From Salinivirgaceae bacterium (lineage in GTDB: Bacteria > Bacteroidota > Bacteroidia > Bacteroidales > SZUA-534), in assembly GCA_017527435.1 (NCBI GenBank), contig JAFXQB010000001.1:4696-68695 (forward strand): 64,000 nt of DNA. The letters run 5' to 3'. A program made the position numbers and the translations under genes. Below, piece after piece: positions 1 to 9,200 of the stretch. The number at the start of each line of letters is the position of its first letter. Within the stretch, counting starts at the first letter, position 1. The notes under the pieces were generated by a model. It made no database searches, was not told the origin of the DNA, and saw nothing but the letters and a program-made list of their open reading frames with translations.

Positions 1-3000
1 GTCAGCGGCAAATCTCCATTAGTGGCCAAATAGGCTATCTCACCATCTTTTTCGCATCCAGAGCCATCGCTAACCACAAGGCTGTAGGTGCCGGCCATCA
101 CATTATTCCATACTGCGTTGGCGCAGGTTTCGCCGGTGTTGCGGTTTGTCCACAGGAAGGTGTAAGGCGCGTGGCCACGCTGTGCCACAGCCTCGAGCCG
201 CCCGTTGGCATACTGGCGCATTGTGGGGTACTGACGTTTTATCGAAACCACAACACTGCTATCGGCAATTGATACCGGCACGTTAAAACGGCAATCGTTC
301 GTATCTTTGATATAAACGGTGTACGAACCAGCCGACACCGATTTGCTGAAAGCGGTTATGCCGCCTGCGGTTCTGAATGTTTCCTGTCCGAAGTCGTTCT
401 CTATTTTATAAGGTGCGGTACCGCCCGAAATATCAACTGCTATAACGCCATCGCTGCCGCAGTATGCCGCCCTCGACAGATTGTCGGCTTTCAAGGCCGG
501 CGGAGTGGTTACAAGCACGGTATCATAAACCATAACACCTGCCGAATCGATTAATGTCAGCACATAAAGGCCGCCACCCACTTGTATGGAGTCGGATGTC
601 AGGCTTGCCGCAACACTGTCGAACGGCTGCCGCATTGCCACGGTGTCGCCCGTGAGGTTACATGAGTAGCGGTACTTGCCCCAACCACCTTTGGCAATTA
701 TTTTTATCGAGCCCTCCGCTCCGTTGCACCAAGCCGGATGAGGGATGCCCTCAACCATCAGCGGACTGTCGGGCTGGCGCATGAAGCCGGTGATTACAGA
801 ATCGGTACATTCTTTATGGTCTTGAACATACAACTTGTGTGTTGTGTCGGGCATGAAGATGTCTTTGAATGTTTCATGGATATCCCACGCAGCATGTCCA
901 ACCATACTGTCGCTCACTATAGAATCAATATAGATATTAAACCGCCCTTTATTACCACCGGCAACCAACACTTCCACTGTGCCGCCCTTTTTGCCGTACT
1001 CGTGGATTATGGTGTCTTGATGGATGATAGACATTTGAAGCCGTTCTGGCTCCTTGACTTCGATCGGGTAATGTTTGCCGCTCTTTTCCCCAAAAGGCAA
1101 ATCCCGTTCGGCAACAGATGTTGTGCAGCCATTGACATCGGTAAGGGCAATCTTGTAATATCCTTTATACAGCGAATCTATCTCCCACAATGGCGGTATT
1201 CTTTTTTTGACGGTATCGGCGTAGTATTTCCATGTTCTGTCATTTGATGAGGAATCTGTTGGAATGGTTGCTACAAACGAATTGTTGATTGTGTCCTTGC
1301 GGTAAGGGACATAGACACCATCCTCATTGCATTTAAACAACTGATAATAAGTCGTGTAATATGATCCTTCCACCGAATCAATTATAATCTGACCATTTTT
1401 CTCGCCATAGCATATTACCGAATCAAAATGTGCTGCCATAACGTATGGGTTGTGGTATTGCCTAAGAGTATCGTCTTTTATAAGTACGCACTGCTTGCTA
1501 TCAAACACGCTTATACGGTATTTCCCGGGATACAGATTACCGAATATTTTCATATCCGTTTGTATCGTAGAATCCATTCTGGCGTTCCTTGGGGCGGTAG
1601 GCCAGAGTTGTTTTATTTCGCCATATTCATTTTTTGTGGTATCCCATTTATAATCAAGCCCGATTGTGTCGATACAATACTTGTACCCATTGCCATTAAC
1701 CGAACCTCCGCTGGCCTTTATCTGAATTTTGCCACTGGCCGTGAGCTCGCAAATTGGGTCGGTGGGAACAAACTGGGCGAACACTATTTCCGAAGGACGG
1801 GTTATTATTTTGCTGTCAATTTGCCGTGCATCACACGTGTGGCCATTTACTATATCATAAATCTTAATAGTATATTTACCTGGATTTGTGCTGTGATAAA
1901 TAGTGCTTTCGCGTGAGTTTATACTAAACACTTTATCTGAAAAATCGTTTTCGGAATTGTCACCACCTTCAAATGAAAGAATGTAATACAAAGACTCTGT
2001 TTCTTTTCCCGTTCTCCATTCGTCTGTAAATGGCTCAACTCCCATGAATCCTCCTTTAATATTTTTAATTTCTATATCTGCGTATGTACTATACGAACAC
2101 AAGAAATCTTTGTATGGAGATTCTGCTGACAACGAATCGATGCGGTATTTGTCTAAATTGGTTATCTCATAATCTTTTGAACGACTGAATAAAATATCGA
2201 AATGAGAACTCTTATAACTAACCTTATCAAGCATCAATGAAGTATTCGGGTTGTTTACATTGATCTCATCTGTTACCGCTTCTACCTCATCACATTTAAG
2301 AGTATATTCCGCCTTGCTATCTGCTTTTAATTCTTCATTGGCAATTTTGTAAAATACAACTGAATCATCTTTCTCCAAGGTATCAGAAGAAACTTGTTGG
2401 CTTGTGTCTATTCTAAAATTAGGATTTTCATTATTTGATTTTAGTTCTAATTTCAAAGTATCTTCATAGCAATATGGAATTGTATAAATTGTGTCATGAT
2501 GCAGAGTGTAATTATTTATAATATAATTTTTTGTCAACTCATCATAATTAATATTATAATTCCACACTTCCCATGATTTCCATTTATTGTCATTTGGAGT
2601 ATTAGTTTTGTACACAAGAATTATTTTGTATTCCCCGCACCTGTAGTTATCGTCACTCAAAATATAATAATTTGTATTGTTAGATACAGGCTTTGTAATT
2701 GTAGCAATACTATCCTTGTTTTTATTTATTTTAAAATAATAATCAGTAATCAATTTGTTTTTGTCTATGTCGCCAACTAGCGAATAATACAAAGTGTCAT
2801 TACTTTGCCTTATATCTATTTTACCAACTATAGCCGGGGCATTTATATAAAACTCTTTCGAAGTTGTGCAATAGCCGTTCAGTTGAGATGCAGTTACTGT
2901 ATATGCATTGGCTTTCAATTCAGACAAACTTAATGAGTTGCCTTTCTCACTTGTTTCTTCTCCACTTTCACTTTTATGATTCAGTGTCCACGTAACATCC

Positions 3001-6000
3001 TGTATGGCATTTCTTACAGATATTTCTGCAGAGCCTTTACCTTCAATTGTGGTGGCGTTTGTTATTTTCGCCTTATTAAAATCAAATAACTGTTTTTCTG
3101 AGTTAATAGTTATAGTATTCATTCTATACCTAATGGAACCATTAATTCTAGGCTGATATGTTGCATTATTCTCTAATCCAACGAAACAAACAGTATTATC
3201 TTTTCCATTGTAATATTTTTCGTCTACCCATTCATAACTCTTTTTACTTTCATTATACTTCCACAACTCAACTTTTTGGGTAGTTCTGCTATCAAATTGT
3301 ATAATAACAACACCACCTTTTTCCGAACAATATGTGACAGACAATACTTGTGGTACTTTTAGGTCATTAAAATCAGGTCCATAATTCAGGGGAATAAGAT
3401 TGATAGTATTTTCGCCTTCTCCCGTAGTGCATTTTTGCCCATATCTGTCTGTAAGTGGTTCCCCTTCTTTATTTGTAACAACAGTTGTAGGCCATGTCCT
3501 TTTAAAATAAAGCACTCCACTAGGATCTTTTAGATTTGTTATTGCAAAACTTACGGGATTATTAAAATTAAACAATCTTGAGATTTTGTCATCCCCATCC
3601 ACATACGATTTATCAACGTCATTCTTCTTAAAATACATTATCGTTCCCATATCACGATATTCAGCTTCGACTTTGTATTTATATGGGGAAGTCTCTTTGT
3701 CATCACCAGTGTTTGGGTAGCCTGTCACTGTTACTGTATTGTCGAAAAACTGGGCTTCAACAAAAACATCGAATGTTGATTGAATACCCAAAACATCTGT
3801 TAATCTATATTTTTCCAAACAGTTTGTGGTTATTCCTTCTAATTTGTATCCATCTTTGTTGTCATCATTATAGTATTTATTACTTATTTTGGATCTTAAC
3901 TCGTTTGTCCATCTTGTTTTTACAATTCCTGGTGGCAATGTATTATCATCGACCATATTTTGGCGGTATTTTATTCCCGCTGATGTTTCATATACTACAT
4001 AATCCACGCTATCACTTCCAGCATATTTTATACTGCTTGGCTTTGCTGAAATATTTATCGGCACCGACTTCCCGTTATAGTTAATGCTATGGCCATCGTA
4101 ATATGCACAATTCAAATATTTATCTATTATTCCGCATTGAAAACCTGGCATCGGCGTAACACTTGATCCAATCATATCTATTAGATAAATTTCCTGCCTA
4201 TCGTCAATAGGATTACATTTACCTTCAACAATAAGTTTGTTACCATTACCCGCCATAAACGAATAATATTTATCTATATCATCGGGGATATTAAAACTTA
4301 AATTTATTGGACCTGGGACCTCTTTGCCTTGTTTTAATAATTCATTTCGATAACCATCATTAATATATGAATTGAAATACAAAGTTCCACTACTTGCAGA
4401 TATAGTAATATCATTAGCTGTTAAGGAATATTTGGTTGATCCATCGTCGTCAACAGCTTTGTTCGTATTATGAAGCGATATTTCTGAACCGTATTTCTCA
4501 GGAAGGTTATCTATTACAACAACATAATACTGAGGAGAATTTCCTCCAGGGATGTAAGTTGCATTGGAGAATACGAATATATATGCAGTTATTGTGGTAC
4601 CGTTTTTTTCGATATGTGTAAAAACCTGATTACCAGTATCTATTTTCTTGCACGTAATTTTTTGTACATTTTCTGAACCAATATATCTTTCAATCGTTTT
4701 TTTGGCATTACTCAACCAATTTGATTCTTTTCCTAAACAATATATCCTGCTAATAATTGAGTCTTTCGTTAAATTTTTTAATGCAGCATTTACACCGCCT
4801 TCTCCAAAATCTATGGGACTCAATCCTATATTTTCCTTTGCACGAAACGTCGTATCAACTTTATTATTGACCAATCGTTCTATTTTGTATGGGACACGAA
4901 AGTTTGGATCGGTGAATTTCAAATTTACATATGGACTATCCCCTATATTTGATCCTACTGCTTGTACTCCGACTGTATCCGGTTGACTTATATCTTCTTC
5001 ATATACATTTTTCATTTTTGGCATACAAAAATAGGTTTTCGCGTCTATCAATGCTTTTTCCTTATCATTAACTTGTAATTGTAATTTAAATGGGAACCGC
5101 CAAGGCCAAAGTATCTCATAAACTTTGTTGTTTTTGGAGTCTTTGTCGGCGTAGGGGAGGAATGGGTTTATTACAATAGGGTTCATATACATATTGACAT
5201 ACACATCCCCTCCATCAGGAGTTAATTCCGCTGCGGCATATTTATATCCATTTTTTCCACCTTCATTTTTAGGCAGGTATAGTCTAATCGTATCATTACT
5301 TCCTTTATAAGTTTTTTTATAAGCCACGTAAGAATAATCGGGGAGACTATTTAGGAACTGGATTTTCAGTGTTTTATTTTGGGTTTCGCTCGTATATGTG
5401 CCAAATTTCGTTGTTTTTAAAATGCGGATACAAATGTCTGCTCCAAGTACATCTTTACTTAACGCACTTTTTACGTCAGAATAATAAATGCTTATTGTTC
5501 CATTCGGGCCTATCGACCCTCGATATGACAAGTTTTTCCAGTTTGAACCATTATCTATACTACATTGCAATATACACGTTGTTTTTTCATTTACATAGTA
5601 ATCATTAATGCTTAGTTCTATTGGTTTATCTGTTGGAACATAATATTTATCAGTCTCATTTTGTACATAATCTGTATTGTTATCTTTTATCCTGTATTCC
5701 ATATTGAGTTGCGGTGGCAAATCAACGTAAGTATATATGTCTAACCTGTACGACTCTGTATGACCGGTTAATTTATTGCATTTGTGAGAATCTGAAAATT
5801 TAATGCTTTCGTTTTGTCCTATTTTGTTTAAAATAATTTCTTTAGATGGGTAAGCATCGTAATTTTTGATTTCTGCTTCTACTTTAATTCTTTTACCAAC
5901 AATTCCGTTTCCATACCCCATAGATATAAATCCCATATATGACGAACTTTTCCTGTATACTACTACATTTTCACTAATATTCGTTACTTTTAATTCATTT

Positions 6001-6155
6001 AAATATGGATCATCTTCGCCTTTACAATGATTGGCACCATCAAAATCATATTGAATAATTATTGGGCATTTCGGCCATATAGTCTGAGCGAATAACTGTT
6101 GCACACATGCCAAAACACAACAAAACACGAATACAATTCTATATTTCATAGTCAT
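1..6155 (-). CDS. giant secreted SprB-repeat cell-surface protein, first >2050 codons (3' end lies beyond window position 1)
   Basis: Not in the supplied ORF track because it has no stop inside the window. The minus frame (plus-strand triplets starting at positions divisible by 3) has no TTA/CTA/TCA wherever I checked: 1-120, 290-480, 1860-2000, 2860-2940, 3000-3060, 4080-4140, 5040-5100. No minus-strand sub-ORF is listed for 1-6299. ATG at 6155 (or 6149) gives MTMKYRIVFVFCCVLACVQQLFA|QT, a Sec signal peptide. SprB-type repeats by manual translation: AYCGSDGVIAVDISGGTAPY (408-467), AGSYTVYIKDTNDC (291-332), AGTYSLVVSDGSGC (54-95), AYTVTASQLNGYC (about 2868-2906). Confidence 0.8.
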   Translation of the reverse strand, partial: MTMKYRIVFVFCCVLACVQQLFAQTIWPKCPIIIQYDFDGANHCKGEDDPYLNELKVTNISENVVVYRKSSSYMGFISMGYGNGIVGKRIKVEAEIKNYDAYPSKEIILNKIGQNESIKFSDSHKCNKLTGHTESYRLDIYTYVDLPPQLNMEYRIKDNNTDYVQNETDKYYVPTDKPIELSINDYYVNEKTTCILQCSIDNGSNWKNLSYRGSIGPNGTISIYYSDVKSALSKDVLGADICIRILKTTKFGTYTSETQNKTLKIQFLNSLPDYSYVAYKKTYKGSNDTIRLYLPKNEGGKNGYKYAAAELTPDGGDVYVNMYMNPIVINPFLPYADKDSKNNKVYEILWPWRFPFKLQLQVNDKEKALIDAKTYFCMPKMKNVYEEDISQPDTVGVQAVGSNIGDSPYVNLKFTDPNFRVPYKIERLVNNKVDTTFRAKENIGLSPIDFGEGGVNAALKNLTKDSIISRIYCLGKESNWLSNAKKTIERYIGSENVQKITCKKIDTGNQVFTHIEKNGTTITAYIFVFSNATYIPGGNSPQYYVVVIDNLPEKYGSEISLHNTNKAVDDDGSTKYSLTANDITISASSGTLYFNSYINDGYRNELLKQGKEVPGPINLSFNIPDDIDKYYSFMAGNGNKLIVEGKCNPIDDRQEIYLIDMIGSSVTPMPGFQCGIIDKYLNCAYYDGHSINYNGKSVPINISAKPSSIKYAGSDSVDYVVYETSAGIKYRQNMVDDNTLPPGIVKTRWTNELRSKISNKYYNDDNKDGYKLEGITTNCLEKYRLTDVLGIQSTFDVFVEAQFFDNTVTVTGYPNTGDDKETSPYKYKVEAEYRDMGTIMYFKKNDVDKSYVDGDDKISRLFNFNNPVSFAITNLKDPSGVLYFKRTWPTTVVTNKEGEPLTDRYGQKCTTGEGENTINLIPLNYGPDFNDLKVPQVLSVTYCSEKGGVVIIQFDSRTTQKVELWKYNESKKSYEWVDEKYYNGKDNTVCFVGLENNATYQPRINGSIRYRMNTITINSEKQLFDFNKAKITNATTIEGKGSAEISVRNAIQDVTWTLNHKSESGEETSEKGNSLSLSELKANAYTVTASQLNGYCTTSKEFYINAPAIVGKIDIRQSNDTLYYSLVGDIDKNKLITDYYFKINKNKDSIATITKPVSNNTNYYILSDDNYRCGEYKIILVYKTNTPNDNKWKSWEVWNYNINYDELTKNYIINNYTLHHDTIYTIPYCYEDTLKLELKSNNENPNFRIDTSQQVSSDTLEKDDSVVFYKIANEELKADSKAEYTLKCDEVEAVTDEINVNNPNTSLMLDKVSYKSSHFDILFSRSKDYEITNLDKYRIDSLSAESPYKDFLCSYSTYADIEIKNIKGGFMGVEPFTDEWRTGKETESLYYILSFEGGDNSENDFSDKVFSINSRESTIYHSTNPGKYTIKIYDIVNGHTCDARQIDSKIITRPSEIVFAQFVPTDPICELTASGKIQIKASGGSVNGNGYKYCIDTIGLDYKWDTTKNEYGEIKQLWPTAPRNARMDSTIQTDMKIFGNLYPGKYRISVFDSKQCVLIKDDTLRQYHNPYVMAAHFDSVICYGEKNGQIIIDSVEGSYYTTYYQLFKCNEDGVYVPYRKDTINNSFVATIPTDSSSNDRTWKYYADTVKKRIPPLWEIDSLYKGYYKIALTDVNGCTTSVAERDLPFGEKSGKHYPIEVKEPERLQMSIIHQDTIIHEYGKKGGTVEVLVAGGNKGRFNIYIDSIVSDSMVGHAAWDIHETFKDIFMPDTTHKLYVQDHKECTDSVITGFMRQPDSPLMVEGIPHPAWCNGAEGSIKIIAKGGWGKYRYSCNLTGDTVAMRQPFDSVAASLTSDSIQVGGGLYVLTLIDSAGVMVYDTVLVTTPPALKADNLSRAAYCGSDGVIAVDISGGTAPYKIENDFGQETFRTAGGITAFSKSVSAGSYTVYIKDTNDCRFNVPVSIADSSVVVSIKRQYPTMRQYANGRLEAVAQRGHAPYTFLWTNRNTGETCANAVWNNVMAGTYSLVVSDGSGCEKDGEIAYLATNGDLPL

Positions 6156-6299
6156 AAATTACTCATTTGTTATATTATATCACGTTCATTTCTTTTTCGT
6201 TTTCATAAACGCACATTCTCTCACCTTGCAGATTATTTCGAAGTCGCATATACTAGTTGGTATTTCCCTTAGTTGTTTGTTCATCTGGATTCTTCTGTA

Positions 6300-9200
6300 T
6301 TAATATTCAATATCAATTCGCATGGAGCTTGTAACCAAACTCTTACCTAATAATTTATACTTAATAATTATTGGGTAATTTCCTCTTGTTAATATGGGAA
6401 AGTGTTCAACTGAAAACAGCTTGTCAATACCTTGAGTTTTTGTATGGCTGCGAACATAATTAGCCACTTCGGTTTTTATGTCACTCATTTCTTGGTCAAT
6501 ATATATGGAAATATTATTATTGTATGCCCCTAAATGATATCGCGAATTGAAAATGCCTGTTTCCAGTTCACTATCTGTCAGTTTTCTTTGACCATCAAGG
6601 AATCCAATATTTGCTATACCAATACTTGCGGGAGGCTCTTTATTGCCAACGATTTTTTCAACATCGGGATTTTCGTATAAGAATGGTGCAATACTATCGG
6701 TATACCATCTTGTGTTAGCATAATCAGGAGTCAAAATCATCAGATTTTTACCTTCATTATAATAATCGTGTTCTCGATAATCAATAATCTCCGGTTTAGT
6801 AGTTTTATCCGTAATGTTTGCTATAAGTTTAAATACTGGTCCTGCAATTTGCCAGCCACTATATTCTTCAACCTCAAATCCCTTCTCTATCTTATCTTTA
6901 AATGTTGTATATGAACTAGTCCTAAAGTTTGCTGCGTAAATCACTGTGGTTTCAAGCATTTCAATGGTGCCTTCGGCTGAGCGTGTGGTTTTCTCCATAT
7001 CGGAACGTGTATCCTCAATTTTTGCGCTGGTAGCTTTAATGTTGACATCGGTTTTTGTTACAATTTTTTGTGGAACGTTGACAATGGCAAGTTTGTATAT
7101 CTGGTCGGGGGCAAACTTAAGGCCTGCAGTGCTAGCGTATACTTCAAACTGCACAGCAGGATCAGTTGAAAGACGCGGCGGTGCGTAACTGAAACTAGTT
7201 GTTTGCGGTGTACCACCAAATGGAGTCAGTTGTAGCACCTGGTCGTAGCCTTCAGGCTTTTGTTCTTCGAAAAGATAGCTGTAGTCGTACTCCACAAGAA
7301 GGTAAACCTCTGAGTACTCACTGCTGTAGAAGTTATACTGGCGGTCGGCGGGATAACTATAGAGCACATGGTCCGGTATTATGTAGTCTGGCCTATTGCC
7401 CGAAGTGAATTCAACAGTTTTCTCCTCAATGCAGTCTGTGCCATCCTCATTCTTAACGGTTTCCCATTGGCTACCATTGAGTTTTTTAAACGATACTTTG
7501 GCCGTTACCTTGTGTTTTTTCTGGCTCTCGAGCGGCCTCTTCAGTTTGTAGGTGAATGTACGGTTGTCCTCACTTGCCATCATTGTAGCTTCCACTACCT
7601 TATTACCTCCTCCTTCTATGTTGGTTATTGTAAACTCATCAATGTCAATGCGATACAAGCAACCATCGTCAAGATTCATTTTCTGGTTAGCAGGCACGTT
7701 AAGCACAAGCTGCGGAGCAATAAACACATTCACATCTGTGCTGCCACCATCGGGGGTGAGTTGAGCAATCACATTCTCGCCAAAGGGACTTCCGCCAACC
7801 ATCTGGCAGGTATCGCCTATCTGGAAATCGAATGTGAATTTGCCTTTAACCAATCCCTTCATCACATCAAAATTACCTCCAATCATACCGCTGAAATAGA
7901 ATGGTTTTGGGCCTGCACCTGTCAGGTATGAAATCAATTCACCGTTGAAGATATTGAAATCGCGCGATTTCTTAAAAAGATTCACTTTCATTCCAACACT
8001 GGCCTTGCCATAAGCCCACGCTTGAGCTTGCGCATACCACCCATTAATTCCCACAGGGTCGCTCGAGCCTTTGCAGTGCACATTTGGGCCATAATTCTTC
8101 AGCAGAAACTCTGTGCCCATACCAAAGTTCAGAGTGGCGTAGAATGGCTTCAACGTGGCATCGAAACCGAGCGTCAGGCTCGAACCCATGGCAATGCCTT
8201 TGCCCTGGGCAAGCAGTCCGGCATCAGGTCGATTCTTAAGCTTGCTTTTTTGTTCTGTCGACAGAATACTGCTGTTCAAGATTTCATCAGGCAATGCAGG
8301 AATTCCGGGAATACTGTCACCCATCATAAAATAACTGCTGGTTTTGGCTATGCCAAGCAACTCAACACCACACCTTGCATCGGGCGTACCAATGCGGGTG
8401 TACCATGTGTTGTCAGATACATAGATGTTGGCATAACCCATCATATCGTTGTCGCCCGTGCCTCGCAGAAAACCGCCCACATTCAGGTATGCCTTTAAAT
8501 CCGAGGTGAAGACACTGTGCTGAATATCGAACATCATACCCATCGAAGCGCGCAGCACTCCGTCGCCTTTGGGCTTGTCAAGCTGGCTCTTGTCGAATTT
8601 CACAACACCCTTCGAAGCACCTTCAATCTTATCCATGTTGCTCTTTATGCTCTGAGCCAGGCCTGCGCCCAAATCCTTGCATACAAAGGTTGCGTCGCCG
8701 CGCAGCTGTATGAAGTTAACACCCCAGTCTTTGTTGAATTGTATTTCGAGCCCCACATCGGCGGCCATCAGTTTGTCGCTGCCCGAGAAGCCGAATTTGG
8801 TACGCGCCATCAGACCGATAGCCACGTCCTTGTCGGGTACATAATTGATTCCTGAAAGCGATTTTCCAAAATCACCACCCAAGCTGTTTTTCTTTTGCTG
8901 CATCTTGTAATAAAGGCCTCCGCCCACACCGTAGAAATTCAGGAACGATACTTTTACGCCGTTGGCTGGCTCGGTTTCAAGAAAAGCGTCGGTCAGGAAG
9001 TAGCGGTACTCGTCTTTTTTGCCGAAGACACCCACTGCCGCAACCTGCAGTTTGCCTTTCAGCAGCTTCATCTGCATGTCGCCGCGGAATCCTTTGCCAT
9101 AGACAGCATCGCCGCTCTTAAATTCCACGCCACCCGCTATTGAGAAGGCGCTCTGCTCATAGTTGACATTAATCTTGCCAACTTCGGCACTGCGGAATTT

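Noticed and set aside
4613-5318. Homopolymer T7/A7 tracts inside the giant gene (4613-4619, 4697-4703, 5312-5318) as slipped-strand phase-variation switches
   Set aside because: Seven-nucleotide runs are expected by chance in DNA of about 30% GC and are short for efficient slippage. No longer tract was seen.
738-5608. Seven plus-strand ORFs of 61-169 aa listed in the track (738..1247, 1428..1916, 1450..1653, 3683..4084, 4436..4621, 4648..4986, 5369..5608)
   Set aside because: All lie antisense to the uninterrupted giant minus-strand frame. Their translations are low-complexity, Cys/Phe/Leu-rich nonsense with no motifs.
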